DNA from: an uncultured SAR86 cluster bacterium
Lineage (GTDB): Bacteria; Pseudomonadota; Gammaproteobacteria; Magnimaribacterales; AG-339-G14
NCBI GenBank assembly: GCA_902625415.1
Contig: CACOBG010000006.1
Span: 496-64,495, forward strand
Direction: 5' to 3'
Length of the DNA: 64,000 nt
Under the pieces are notes generated by a model. It was not told where the DNA came from. It was given only the letters and a program-made list of their open reading frames with translations, and ran no database searches. Shown one piece after another: positions 9,859 to 19,045 of the stretch. Numbering within the stretch: the stretch's first letter is position 1; each line of letters starts with the position of its first letter. A program made the position numbers and the translations under genes.

Positions 9859-10520
9859 ATCAATTGAATTTTGAATTTGCCAGAAAAGAATTAACGAAAG
9901 AACTATCTCAAAAGGGCATTAAAGATCCGAGAGTGCTAGAAGCCATCTACCAAATTCCGCGACATGAATTTGTCGATGCAACATTTACTTCTAGAGCTTA
10001 CCAGGATATGTCCTTGCCAATTGGTCATCAACAAACCATTTCACAACCCTTTGTTGTAGCAAAAATGACAGAACTTTTAATTCAAGGAAATGTCTTAGAC
10101 CAAAAACCTTTAGGAGCAGTTTTGGAGATCGGCACTGGCTGTGGTTACCAAACAGCAATACTTGCAAGATTTTGCAGAAAAGTATTTTCTTTAGAAAGAA
10201 TTGAAGCCCTATCACTTCGTGCAGACAATAATTTGAAGAAAATTGGTGTAGACAATTGCCAATTACGTTGGTCTGACGGTACTTTAGGCTGGCCAACCCC
10301 AAAAAAATTTGATGCCATCATTTGCACAGCAGCAATTTCACAAATTCCAAAAAAATTAAAAACTCAACTTGAGTTGCACGGTAAACTTATTTGCCCTGTT
10401 GGTGATGGAAAGAAACAACATCTACTACTTTTAGAAAAAAAATCGAAAGATGAATTTCATGAAACCATTTTAGATTCTGTGTTATTTGTTCCTATGCTTG
10501 AAGGAAAGGTTTCTGAATAG
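9840..10520 (+). CDS. pcm: Protein-L-isoaspartate O-methyltransferase
   Basis: PRHEFV, AYQD..LPIG..QTISQP, VLEIGTGCGYQTA, FVPM. Confidence 0.96.
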   Translation: MGKKFIDQLNFEFARKELTKELSQKGIKDPRVLEAIYQIPRHEFVDATFTSRAYQDMSLPIGHQQTISQPFVVAKMTELLIQGNVLDQKPLGAVLEIGTGCGYQTAILARFCRKVFSLERIEALSLRADNNLKKIGVDNCQLRWSDGTLGWPTPKKFDAIICTAAISQIPKKLKTQLELHGKLICPVGDGKKQHLLLLEKKSKDEFHETILDSVLFVPMLEGKVSE

Positions 10521-10522
10521 CT

Positions 10523-10849
10523 TTATTCAAGAATTAATACATCAATTTTATTCGTTTTTTCTCTCCATTCCTCGTGATCTGGCAAAGGATCTTTTGCCTC
10601 AGTAATGTTTGGCCAAATCTTCGAATATTTTTCATTTATTTCAATAAACTCAATCTGATCTGCGGGAACTTCATCCTCTGCATAAATGGCTTCAATGGGG
10701 CACTCAGGCTCACACAAACCGCAATCGATGCATTCGTCTGGATTGATGACTAAAGTATTTTCTCCTTCATAAAAACAATCTACAGGACAAACTTCCACAC
10801 AATCGGTGTGCTTACAATTGATGCATCCTTGGCCAACAATAAAAGTCAT
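10523..10849 (-). CDS. fdxA: 7Fe ferredoxin (FdxA family)
   Basis: [29 protein letters not shown]...[17 protein letters not shown], the Azotobacter/Pseudomonas FdI pattern. Confidence 0.97.
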   Translation of the reverse strand: MTFIVGQGCINCKHTDCVEVCPVDCFYEGENTLVINPDECIDCGLCEPECPIEAIYAEDEVPADQIEFIEINEKYSKIWPNITEAKDPLPDHEEWREKTNKIDVLILE

Positions 10850-10855
10850 TATTCA

Positions 10856-10863
10856 ATTATAAT
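10856..10863. promoter_or_regulatory. Overlapping bidirectional -10 elements (ATTATAAT) between fdxA and pncC/cinA
   Basis: TATAAT on + at 10858-10863 and TATAAT on - at 10861-10856, inside a 19-bp divergent intergenic gap. Confidence 0.6.
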
Positions 10864-10868
10864 TTAAA

Positions 10869-11360
10869 TTGATGATTTCCAATGATGAACTACAAGATTT
10901 AGCTATAAAGATAGGTCAGCTCTTAACAGAGACTAAGAAAAGTGTTTCTACAGCAGAATCTTGTACAGGAGGCTGGATCGGGAAGGAATTTACAGGCATA
11001 CCAGGCAGTTCGAAATGGTATGGTTTTGGGTTTATCACATACTCCAATAAGGCAAAGCTAAAAACTCTTGGTGTTAACAAAGATGTTCTCTTAGAGGAGG
11101 GAGCTGTAAGTGAAAAAGTTGTGAAGGAAATGGCAGAAGGAGCTTTAAAAAATAGTGGTTCGGATTTTTCAATATCAATAAGCGGTATTGCAGGACCTAC
11201 TGGAGGAACAGATGACAAGCCGGTTGGTACGGTATGCTTTGGAATTGGTACTAAAACTGAAATAATTTGCTTCACCAAACTTTTTGAAGGAAATCGTGAC
11301 GAAGTCAGAAAACAGAGTGTAGCTTTTGCTTTAAAAGAATTATTAAAATGTTTGCAATAA
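10869..11360 (+). CDS. pncC: CinA C-terminal domain protein / NMN amidohydrolase PncC (start may be the ATG at 10872)
   Basis: TAESCTGG, GSSKWY..GFITYSN.AK, GAVSE.V..EMA.GA, SISGIAGPTGG...KPVGTV. Upstream of recA. Confidence 0.9.
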   Translation: MMISNDELQDLAIKIGQLLTETKKSVSTAESCTGGWIGKEFTGIPGSSKWYGFGFITYSNKAKLKTLGVNKDVLLEEGAVSEKVVKEMAEGALKNSGSDFSISISGIAGPTGGTDDKPVGTVCFGIGTKTEIICFTKLFEGNRDEVRKQSVAFALKELLKCLQ

Positions 11361-11381
11361 TTTTTAATATATTGTTAAATA

Positions 11382-11397
11382 CTGTATAAATATACAG
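11382..11397 (+). promoter_or_regulatory. LexA (SOS) box upstream of recA
   Basis: CTGTATAAATATACAG fits the gamma/betaproteobacterial CTG-N10-CAG consensus and ends 7 nt before the recA ATG. Confidence 0.9.
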
Positions 11398-11404
11398 TTT
11401 TATT

Positions 11405-12430
11405 ATGCCTACAAGAAAAACAAAAAAAGACGATACATCGTCACCAGAAAAAGGAAAATCCCTAGAAACAGCCATCTCTCAGATTGAGACCCAATTTGGT
11501 CCTGGAACTATCATGAGGATGGGCGAAAGAGAGGTTCAGAGTATTCCAAGCATTTCTACAGGTTCATTAGGATTGGATTTGGCACTTGGCATAATGGGCT
11601 TGCCAAAAGGAAGAGTAGTTGAGATTTTTGGTCCCGAATCTTCAGGAAAAACAACTTTGACTTTGCAAGTTATAGCCGAGTGCCAGAAACAAGGAGGAAC
11701 CGCAGCATTTATTGATGCAGAGCATGCTTTAGATCCAATCTATGCAGAAAAAATTGGAGTAAAAATAGATGATTTGCTTCTTTCTCAGCCTGATACAGGC
11801 GAACAAGCTCTAGAAGTTGCCGACATAATGGTTAAATCTGGTGGGATAGATGTTTTGGTCATTGATTCTGTAGCCGCATTGGTACCCCGAGCCGAAATTG
11901 AAGGCGAAATGGGCGATCATCATGTTGGTCTTCAAGCTAGACTCATGTCACAAGCACTAAGAAAAATAACTGGGAGTATAAAGAAATCAAATACTCTTGT
12001 TATATTTATTAATCAAATTCGAATGAAGATAGGCGTAATGTTTGGCAGTCCTGAGACTACCTCTGGTGGTAATGCTTTGAAGTTTTATTCTTCAGTAAGA
12101 TTGGATATCAGAAGAATCGGTACTGTTAAAGACGGTGACGAAGTTGCAGGTAATGAAACTAGAGTTAAGGTTGTTAAAAATAAAGTTTCGCCTCCATTCA
12201 GACAAGCTGAATTTCAAATTCTTTACAACAAAGGAATCAACCGCGCAGGAGAAATTCTTGATATTGGAGTTGAAAGAAAAATCGTTGAGAAGGCAGGTGC
12301 CTGGTACGCTTACGATGGTGAAAAAATTGGCCAGGGTAAGATTAATGCTAGTCAGTGGTTAAAAGATAATCCAAATATAGCTAAGAGAATAGAAAAACAG
12401 ATTACAGACTCAATCAAAGAGACCCAATAA
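11405..12430 (+). CDS. recA: Recombinase RecA
   Basis: [72 protein letters not shown]. Confidence 0.99.
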   Translation: MPTRKTKKDDTSSPEKGKSLETAISQIETQFGPGTIMRMGEREVQSIPSISTGSLGLDLALGIMGLPKGRVVEIFGPESSGKTTLTLQVIAECQKQGGTAAFIDAEHALDPIYAEKIGVKIDDLLLSQPDTGEQALEVADIMVKSGGIDVLVIDSVAALVPRAEIEGEMGDHHVGLQARLMSQALRKITGSIKKSNTLVIFINQIRMKIGVMFGSPETTSGGNALKFYSSVRLDIRRIGTVKDGDEVAGNETRVKVVKNKVSPPFRQAEFQILYNKGINRAGEILDIGVERKIVEKAGAWYAYDGEKIGQGKINASQWLKDNPNIAKRIEKQITDSIKETQ

Positions 12431-13687
12431 GTCTTTTTCTGTTATTTCAGATTTAGCTTGATCTCTTCTGTTTATTATTTCGATTAAGCCTTTTTCTACG
12501 TTTTTCTCGCTAATGACTATTTGATAGGGGTTACCCATTAAATTGGAATCAGAAAATTTATTACCTGGAGATGCATCTCTATCGTCATAAAAGACATCTA
12601 CATTGTTATTTATTAGGTAAGAGTAAATTTCCTTAGATTTCTTTTTCACTATTTCCGATTTCTTTTCATTGATTGAAATTAAGGAACAATCAAAAGCAGA
12701 AATATTTTTTGGAAAAACAATGCCTTCACTATCATGATTTTGCTCAATAGCAGCTGCAACAATTCTCGAAACTCCAATTCCATAACAGCCCATTTCTAAA
12801 GTTTTTTGACTATTATCATGTTGGACACCAAGACCCATAGCCTTGCTGTATTTATTACCTAGTTCAAATATATGTCCTACCTCAATTCCTTTTTTAATTG
12901 AAAGTTTGCCATGCTCACTATCAATATCAGACAAATCATTATTTTCAATTTTTTTCTCAATTTCTGTTTTTAAAGAATCATCCAATAATTCAATGTTCGA
13001 TGAAAAATCCTTATCGTTAAATACCAAAGTATCTTCACCGGAATCAGCTAAGACATGAAATTCTTCAGACATATTTCCACCTATTGCTCCAGAATCAGCT
13101 TTTACAATCTTGTAATCAAAGCCAATCTCATCAAATATCTTTTGGTAACACTCTTTCATAGCTTGATAGCTTTTACTCATCCCATCTTCGTCAAGATCAA
13201 ACGAATAAGCATCTTTCATTAAGAATTCTCTACCTCGCATTACTCCAAATCTAGGTCTAATTTCATCTCTGAATTTCGTTTGTATTTGATAAAAAGTTTT
13301 AGGCAGATCTTTATGACTTTGCAGCTCTTGACGGCATATATCGGTAATGACTTCTTCATGAGTAGGTCCAAGGTAAAATGCTCGTTCATTTCGATCCAAA
13401 AAACCCAAAAGTTCTGGACCCATTTGCTCTGACCTTTTTGTCTCGTCCCACAGTGATTTTGGCTGAACCATTGGCATTAAGACTTCTAAGCAACCATATT
13501 CATTCATATTCTTTCTAATTATTGATTCAACCTTATTTAGAATCTTTAATCCCAGAGGCATCCACGAATAAATGCCAGAAGCTAATAGCTTTATCATATT
13601 GCTTCTGATCATAAGTTTGTGGCTTATGAGTTCTGCGTCTTTTGGGGCTTCTTTTTGAGTTTTATAGTGAAATGAGGAAGCTTTCAT
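12410..13687 (-). CDS. proS: Proline--tRNA ligase, short form without the INS editing domain
   Basis: E. coli-like N-terminus ([20 protein letters not shown]), [51 protein letters not shown]. Only 425 aa. Confidence 0.96.
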   Translation of the reverse strand: MKASSFHYKTQKEAPKDAELISHKLMIRSNMIKLLASGIYSWMPLGLKILNKVESIIRKNMNEYGCLEVLMPMVQPKSLWDETKRSEQMGPELLGFLDRNERAFYLGPTHEEVITDICRQELQSHKDLPKTFYQIQTKFRDEIRPRFGVMRGREFLMKDAYSFDLDEDGMSKSYQAMKECYQKIFDEIGFDYKIVKADSGAIGGNMSEEFHVLADSGEDTLVFNDKDFSSNIELLDDSLKTEIEKKIENNDLSDIDSEHGKLSIKKGIEVGHIFELGNKYSKAMGLGVQHDNSQKTLEMGCYGIGVSRIVAAAIEQNHDSEGIVFPKNISAFDCSLISINEKKSEIVKKKSKEIYSYLINNNVDVFYDDRDASPGNKFSDSNLMGNPYQIVISEKNVEKGLIEIINRRDQAKSEITEKDLLGLFD

Positions 13688-13757
13688 TTAAAATATAAAT
13701 TAATATTCGGCTTTAAAAATTAATAATACTAAAAAAAGATGCTTACAGTGAGGAATA

Positions 13758-14039
13758 ATGCCTATTTATGAGTACCAATGCAGTAAATGCGGCAAAATAT
13801 CTGAAAGAATTGTTTCTGTAGCAGATTCCACAAAAACTGTTTCTTGTGATTGCTCGCCAAAAGCAAAGGCAAAAAAAATTATCTCAGCGCCGTCATTTCG
13901 TTTAGAAGGATCAGGTTGGTACGAAACTGACTTTAAGACAGGTAATAAAAAAAATCTTGTACAATCAGACGATAAAAGTAAAAAAACATCTAAGGAACCA
14001 AAAAAAACAGAAAACTCAAAACCTGCTAAAAAAGATTAA
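13758..14039 (+). CDS. FmdB-family zinc ribbon protein with a Lys-rich tail
   Basis: MPIYEYQCSKCG...CDC...ISAPSFRLEGSGWYETDF. SD GAGGA upstream. Usual position upstream of aspS. Confidence 0.9.
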   Translation: MPIYEYQCSKCGKISERIVSVADSTKTVSCDCSPKAKAKKIISAPSFRLEGSGWYETDFKTGNKKNLVQSDDKSKKTSKEPKKTENSKPAKKD

Positions 14040-14053
14040 ATAATCTTTCTATT

Positions 14054-15817
14054 ATGGAACGTACTCAAATACAAAATATTTCTAATAAAGAAATCGATTC
14101 TTCCTTTCTCATTTCTGGATGGGTTGAAAAGGTCAGGGATCATGGCGGTGTCATATTTTTAGATATCAGAGACGTATCTGGATTAATGCAAGTTGTTGTT
14201 GAGCCAGAAGATAAAGAGTTATTCAAAAAGTCGGAATCAATCAGAATGTCTTTTGTTCTTGAAGTTACAGGAATTCTTAGAGAAAGGCCTAAAGGCACAA
14301 TTAACGAGTCATTGGTGTCTGGAGAACTGGAACTTGTTTCAAAAGAAATTAATATCCTTTCCAAAAGCAAACCATTGCCTTTTCAGCTAGATGAACATGC
14401 GAAAGTCGGTGAAGAGGTTAGGCTCAAATACCGTTACTTGGATTTGCGAAGACCGGAAATGCAATCAAATCTGAAAATCAGATCGCAAGTAAATCACATC
14501 GTTAGAAGTCATCTCATTGAAGATCAGTTTATTGAAATTGAAACTCCAATGATGGCTAGGGCTACTCCGGAAGGAGCTAGAGATTTTCTTGTCCCAAGCA
14601 GACTTTATAATAAAAAGTTTTATGCGCTCACTCAGTCACCACAGCTTTTCAAACAAATGTTGATGATTGGGGGTTTTGAAAAATATTTTCAAATTGTCAG
14701 ATGCTTTCGGGATGAGGATACAAGAAAAGATAGACAGCCAGAATTCACTCAATTGGATATCGAATTGTCTTTTATTTCAGAAGAAGAAATTCTTAATATC
14801 TCTGAAAACCTCATTAAAAGAATTTTTTTTGAAACTTTAAATATTGAGTTTGATGATTTCCAAAGAATTAAATATCAAGAAGCAATAAAGGATTACGGCT
14901 CAGATAAACCTGACTTAAGAAACCCTTTAAAGTTTGTTGATGTAAAAGATATTTTTGAAAAGTCTTCATTTAAGGTTTTTTCCGATCCGGCTAAGAATGA
15001 AAAGGCAAGAATTGTTGCTCTTAAAATTGAACAAGAAATAAGCAGGAATAAAATAGATGAGTACACTAAATTTGTAGGTAATTTTGGAGCAAAAGGACTA
15101 GCTTATATAAAAGTAAATGATTCTGCTGATCTAGAAAATGGGCTTCAATCTCCAATTCTTAAGTTCTTTTCTAAAGAAGAGATTTCTAGTTTGGCTGAAA
15201 GGCTTGAACTGAGTTCTGGAGACACTGTTTTTTTTGGTGCCGATCACAGAAATGTTGTTAATGATTCAATGGGCTCATTGAGAGAAAAATTAGGTGAAGA
15301 CCTTAACTTAATTGATAAAGAGGCTTTTAAATTTGGATGGATAACAGACTTTCCCTTATTTGAAGAGGATATTCAAGGAAACTTATCTCCATCACATCAC
15401 CCCTTTACTGCTACTCAAGGGGGGCTCAAAGAACTTAAGAAAGATCCGGTAAATGCAGTTGCAAAGGCATATGATCTTATTTTAAACGGAAGTGAAATTG
15501 GCGGTGGCTCTTTAAGAATTAATGATTTAGATGAACAATTAGAAGTATTATCCATTTTAGGAATAGATAAAAAAGAAGCGGATGAAAAATTTGGTTTCTT
15601 TTTGGAAGCTCTGTCCTACGGATGTCCTCCACATGGCGGAATTGCTTTTGGATTAGATCGTTTGATCATGTTGCTTTGTAAACAAGAATCCATCAGAGAT
15701 GTAATTGCTTTTCCAAAGACCCAATCGGCAACCTGTCTGCTTTCCGATGCTCCGAGTTTAGTCGATCAAGATCAATTAGATATGTTTTCCATAAAAGTTC
15801 TTGAAGAGGATAAATAG
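14054..15817 (+). CDS. aspS: Aspartate--tRNA ligase, probably non-discriminating (Asp/Asn)
   Basis: RDHGGVIFLD, RLKYRYLDLRR, TPEGARDFLVPSR, QSPQLFKQ, FRDED.R.DRQPEFTQ, PPHGGIAFGLDR. Confidence 0.98.
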   Translation: MERTQIQNISNKEIDSSFLISGWVEKVRDHGGVIFLDIRDVSGLMQVVVEPEDKELFKKSESIRMSFVLEVTGILRERPKGTINESLVSGELELVSKEINILSKSKPLPFQLDEHAKVGEEVRLKYRYLDLRRPEMQSNLKIRSQVNHIVRSHLIEDQFIEIETPMMARATPEGARDFLVPSRLYNKKFYALTQSPQLFKQMLMIGGFEKYFQIVRCFRDEDTRKDRQPEFTQLDIELSFISEEEILNISENLIKRIFFETLNIEFDDFQRIKYQEAIKDYGSDKPDLRNPLKFVDVKDIFEKSSFKVFSDPAKNEKARIVALKIEQEISRNKIDEYTKFVGNFGAKGLAYIKVNDSADLENGLQSPILKFFSKEEISSLAERLELSSGDTVFFGADHRNVVNDSMGSLREKLGEDLNLIDKEAFKFGWITDFPLFEEDIQGNLSPSHHPFTATQGGLKELKKDPVNAVAKAYDLILNGSEIGGGSLRINDLDEQLEVLSILGIDKKEADEKFGFFLEALSYGCPPHGGIAFGLDRLIMLLCKQESIRDVIAFPKTQSATCLLSDAPSLVDQDQLDMFSIKVLEEDK

Positions 15818-16551
15818 TGGCGGGACATTCTAAGTGGGCCAACATAAAGCATCGCAAAGGTCGTCAAGATGAAAAAAGACAAAAAGTCTTTTCGAAACTT
15901 ATTAGAGAGCTTACGGTTGCTGCTAAATTGGGAGGACCTGAGCCAGGAGATAATCCCAGATTAAGACTGGCTCTTGATAAAGCCCTTGGGGCCAACATGC
16001 CAAAAGATACAATAGAAAGAGCCATAGCAAGAGGTTCTGGAGATCAGGAGGCAGAAAATTTAGAAGAAACCATTTATGAAGGTTATGGTCCCAATGGGGT
16101 TGCCATTATAGTTGAAACTTTGACGGACAATAAAAACAGAACGGTTGCTGAAGTTAGACATGCTTTTTCTAAGTACGGAGGAAGTTTAGGTACCGATGGG
16201 TCTGTAGCTTATCTATTTACTAAAGTTGGTCAAATAGTCGTTGAAAATTCCGATGAGGAAAAAATATTTGATGTCTCTGTATCCAATGGTGCAGATGAAG
16301 TAGAACAGGGTGATGAAGATAATCTTATTATTTCTGTTCAAGCCGAAGAATTTCATAATCTTAAAAATGTCCTCGAAGAGAATGAAATCAAAATAAACCA
16401 ATACGAGTTGACTATGAAAGCATCAAATAGCGTTGAGCTTGATAATGAAGCTTCTGAAAAAGTCATCAATCTTCTTGAAAGTCTTGAAGATTTGGATGAT
16501 GTGCAAAATGTTCATTCCAATGCTGAGTTTTCTGAAGGGAGCTTTGCTTGA
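15817..16551 (+). CDS. yebC: YebC/PmpR family protein (GTG start)
   Basis: MAGHSKWANIKHRK, NPRLR, YEGYGPNG, LTDNKNRT, LEDLDDVQNV. Confidence 0.98.
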   Translation: MAGHSKWANIKHRKGRQDEKRQKVFSKLIRELTVAAKLGGPEPGDNPRLRLALDKALGANMPKDTIERAIARGSGDQEAENLEETIYEGYGPNGVAIIVETLTDNKNRTVAEVRHAFSKYGGSLGTDGSVAYLFTKVGQIVVENSDEEKIFDVSVSNGADEVEQGDEDNLIISVQAEEFHNLKNVLEENEIKINQYELTMKASNSVELDNEASEKVINLLESLEDLDDVQNVHSNAEFSEGSFA

Positions 16552-16958
16552 TGACGAATTCAAGGAATAAGGGAGCATCATTTGAAAGAGAAATTGCAAA
16601 TGCTTTGAATGATTCTTTGGAATTAAAAAAACCATTAAAAAGAATATTGGAGCAAACTCGAGAAAAATATCTTCCCGACCTTATTCTTGGTAATTGGTAC
16701 ATAGAATGTAAGAGATATGGGCAAGGCGCGGAACCTCTTGAAGGTTGGTGGAATCAAGTGATTGCTGCAACTCCAGAAGATAGCCATCCAGCTTTGATTT
16801 ATAAATTTAATCACAGACCCATCAAGGTGAGAATTCCACTCCACACTGTAAACAACAATCTTCCTAAAGATTTTAACAATACATGCGATTTTTCTTTAGA
16901 GGTCTTCATAGTTTTACTTAAATCTCTTTTTGAGGAAGATATAAAAAGTCATCTTTAA
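16551..16958 (+). CDS. Phage/archaeal-type (Hjc-like) PD-(D/E)XK nuclease, putative Holliday junction resolvase
   Basis: SRNKGASFEREIA (cf. Hjc KG..AERE), LPDLI, YIECKR, WWNQ, PALIYK. The ATG at 16551 overlaps the yebC TGA; the TAA overlaps the ybgC ATG. An alternative TTG start lies at 16548. Confidence 0.8.
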   Translation: MTNSRNKGASFEREIANALNDSLELKKPLKRILEQTREKYLPDLILGNWYIECKRYGQGAEPLEGWWNQVIAATPEDSHPALIYKFNHRPIKVRIPLHTVNNNLPKDFNNTCDFSLEVFIVLLKSLFEEDIKSHL

Positions 16959-17365
16959 TGTTAGATACCTTAGAGCTTAGAATTTACTATGAAGATACAG
17001 ATGCCCAAGGTGTAGTTTTTTACGCAAATTATCTTAAATATTTCGAAAGGGGTAGAACTGAATTTCTAAGAAAGTGTGGCTACCTGCAAAACGAGCTATT
17101 AGCCAAAAACATTATTTTCATTGTTAATAAATTAGACATTCATTACAAAAAACCTGTCCTGTTAGATCAATTAATAAAAATAGAATCTTCTCTTTCAGAA
17201 TTAAAGAGAGCTAGTTTTAGTTTTAATCAAAGAGTTGTTATAAACTCAGAAACAGTGTGTGAAGCTAATGTATTATGCGGCTGTGTTGATCTTAAAACTA
17301 AAAAACCCACTGCTCTCCCAGAGGAACTAAGAAAAAAGATGTTGGATAAAAAAAATGCAAGCTGA
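16958..17365 (+). CDS. ybgC: Tol-Pal-associated acyl-CoA thioesterase
   Basis: RIYYEDTDAQGVVFYANYLKYFERGRTE. Immediately upstream of tolQ. Confidence 0.96.
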   Translation: MLDTLELRIYYEDTDAQGVVFYANYLKYFERGRTEFLRKCGYLQNELLAKNIIFIVNKLDIHYKKPVLLDQLIKIESSLSELKRASFSFNQRVVINSETVCEANVLCGCVDLKTKKPTALPEELRKKMLDKKNAS

Positions 17366-18026
17366 ATTAAGTTTTATAGATTTATTTCTAGGAGCAAGTT
17401 TAGTTGTTCAACTGGTGATGATCATTTTGTTTGTTTTAGCCGGAACCTCCTGGTGGTTTATTTTTGATAAGTGGCTCACCTTGAGCAGAGCAAGAAAGGA
17501 TATTTATGAATTTGAAACTGATTTTTGGAATTCTAAAAATATTGAAAAAATTTTTAATGAACTTAATCGTAAAGAAGATAATTTTGGGCTATCTCAAATT
17601 TTTGTTATATCTCATGAAGAATTTTTAAAGGCAGAAAATTTTGAAAAAGCTGAAGACCGCATCAATAAGTCAACGGAAATAATAATAAATAGGCAAGAAG
17701 AACAATTGGAAGAAGGATTATCTTTCCTGTCTACTGTTGCGTCTGTAAGTCCATTTATAGGTCTATTTGGAACTGTCTGGGGAGTTATGAATGCTTTTAG
17801 CGGTTTAGCACAACTTTCTCAAGTATCAATAAATGCCGTTGCGCCCGGGATATCTGAAGCTCTGGTAGCAACTGCCTTGGGGCTCTTTGCGGCTATTCCT
17901 GCTCTTATTTCTTATAATTGGAGTGTTAAGACTATTGATATAATTATTAAAAGTTACGAAAACTTTACATCTGAACTTTTAATAACTTACCAAGAATTTA
18001 ATGTCCAAAAGACGACTAAAAAATAG
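17355..18026 (+). CDS. tolQ: TolQ
   Basis: LFLGASLVVQLVM, ASVSPFIGLFGTVWGVM, VAPGISEALVATALGLFAAIPA. Confidence 0.96.
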   Translation: MQAELSFIDLFLGASLVVQLVMIILFVLAGTSWWFIFDKWLTLSRARKDIYEFETDFWNSKNIEKIFNELNRKEDNFGLSQIFVISHEEFLKAENFEKAEDRINKSTEIIINRQEEQLEEGLSFLSTVASVSPFIGLFGTVWGVMNAFSGLAQLSQVSINAVAPGISEALVATALGLFAAIPALISYNWSVKTIDIIIKSYENFTSELLITYQEFNVQKTTKK

Positions 18027-18432
18027 AAAACTTTTAACAGAAATCAATGTTATCCCATATGTGGATATTTCATTAGTTTTGTTGGTTATTTTTATGGTCG
18101 CAACGCCATTTATGATTCAAGGAATTGATCTTGATTTACCAAAAACCGAAGCACAAGCTCTTAATAAATCCAAAGACGATAATTTAACTATTTCAATCAG
18201 CAAAGAGGGTTTTTACTCTCTTGACTTAGGTGAAAAAAATGAAATTTACAAAAGTTTTAAGTCATTTGCAGAACAGTTTGAAAAAATTTTAAAAAATAAT
18301 CCCAAAGTTGAAATATTTTTGAGAGCCGACAAAGAAACGCTATATGACAATATTGCTAAAACAATGTCTTTGATCAAAAAATTTAAAACAGATTCCATCA
18401 ATCTCATAACCGAACCCATTAAGAATGAATAA
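18001..18432 (+). CDS. tolR: TolR
   Basis: EINVIPYVDISLVLLVIFMVATP, IDLDLP, LRADKE..Y. Confidence 0.95.
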   Translation: MSKRRLKNRKLLTEINVIPYVDISLVLLVIFMVATPFMIQGIDLDLPKTEAQALNKSKDDNLTISISKEGFYSLDLGEKNEIYKSFKSFAEQFEKILKNNPKVEIFLRADKETLYDNIAKTMSLIKKFKTDSINLITEPIKNE

Positions 18433-19045
18433 GGCTTTGACAAGTTTAAATACTTTTTTTTTGATTCTTTTATTTCTATCTTTGATTTTTTCTATGTTTT
18501 CTGTTCCCAACCTCAATATTGATGAGGCTCAATCAATAAAAATAAATTTTTACGAATTAATTCAACAAGATGAAAAACTATTCGATTCTTCCGCGCCCAA
18601 TACCTCTGTTGAAAAAGAGACAAAAAAAACCTCCGCGATTAATAAAAAAACAAATACTGATGAAACTTCAATTATTTCAAAATTTAAAATAAATAAATTA
18701 GGTATAAAAAATGAAATTACTAAAATTAAACTTTCGAAGGAGAGAGAAGACATCTTAAGAGTTTCGGCTATTATCCAAGAAAGAATTTCTTCAATTTGGA
18801 TAAAGCCAAATTCTTTAAGCGAATCTTTGATAGCAAAAGTTTTAATTAACCTTGCTCCTTCTGGTGAAATATTAAATTTTAGTCTAATTGAGCCAAGTTC
18901 AAATACTTCTTTCAATGAATCGATTTTGACTGCTATGAATAAGATGACTTTTTTTGAAGAAGTTTTATCTCTTGAAAGAAAACTTTTTGAACAAAATTTT
19001 AGAAATTTTAATTTAGTTTTTAAATCATCTGGTGAGATACAGTGA
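18425..19045 (+). CDS. tolA: Short TolA-like protein (TM helix, short linker, TonB/TolA C-terminal domain)
   Basis: Between tolR and tolB. N-terminal hydrophobic helix. C-terminal [11 protein letters not shown]...INLAPSGEI...[11 protein letters not shown] fits the TonB_2 fold. Confidence 0.7.
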   Translation: MNKALTSLNTFFLILLFLSLIFSMFSVPNLNIDEAQSIKINFYELIQQDEKLFDSSAPNTSVEKETKKTSAINKKTNTDETSIISKFKINKLGIKNEITKIKLSKEREDILRVSAIIQERISSIWIKPNSLSESLIAKVLINLAPSGEILNFSLIEPSSNTSFNESILTAMNKMTFFEEVLSLERKLFEQNFRNFNLVFKSSGEIQ

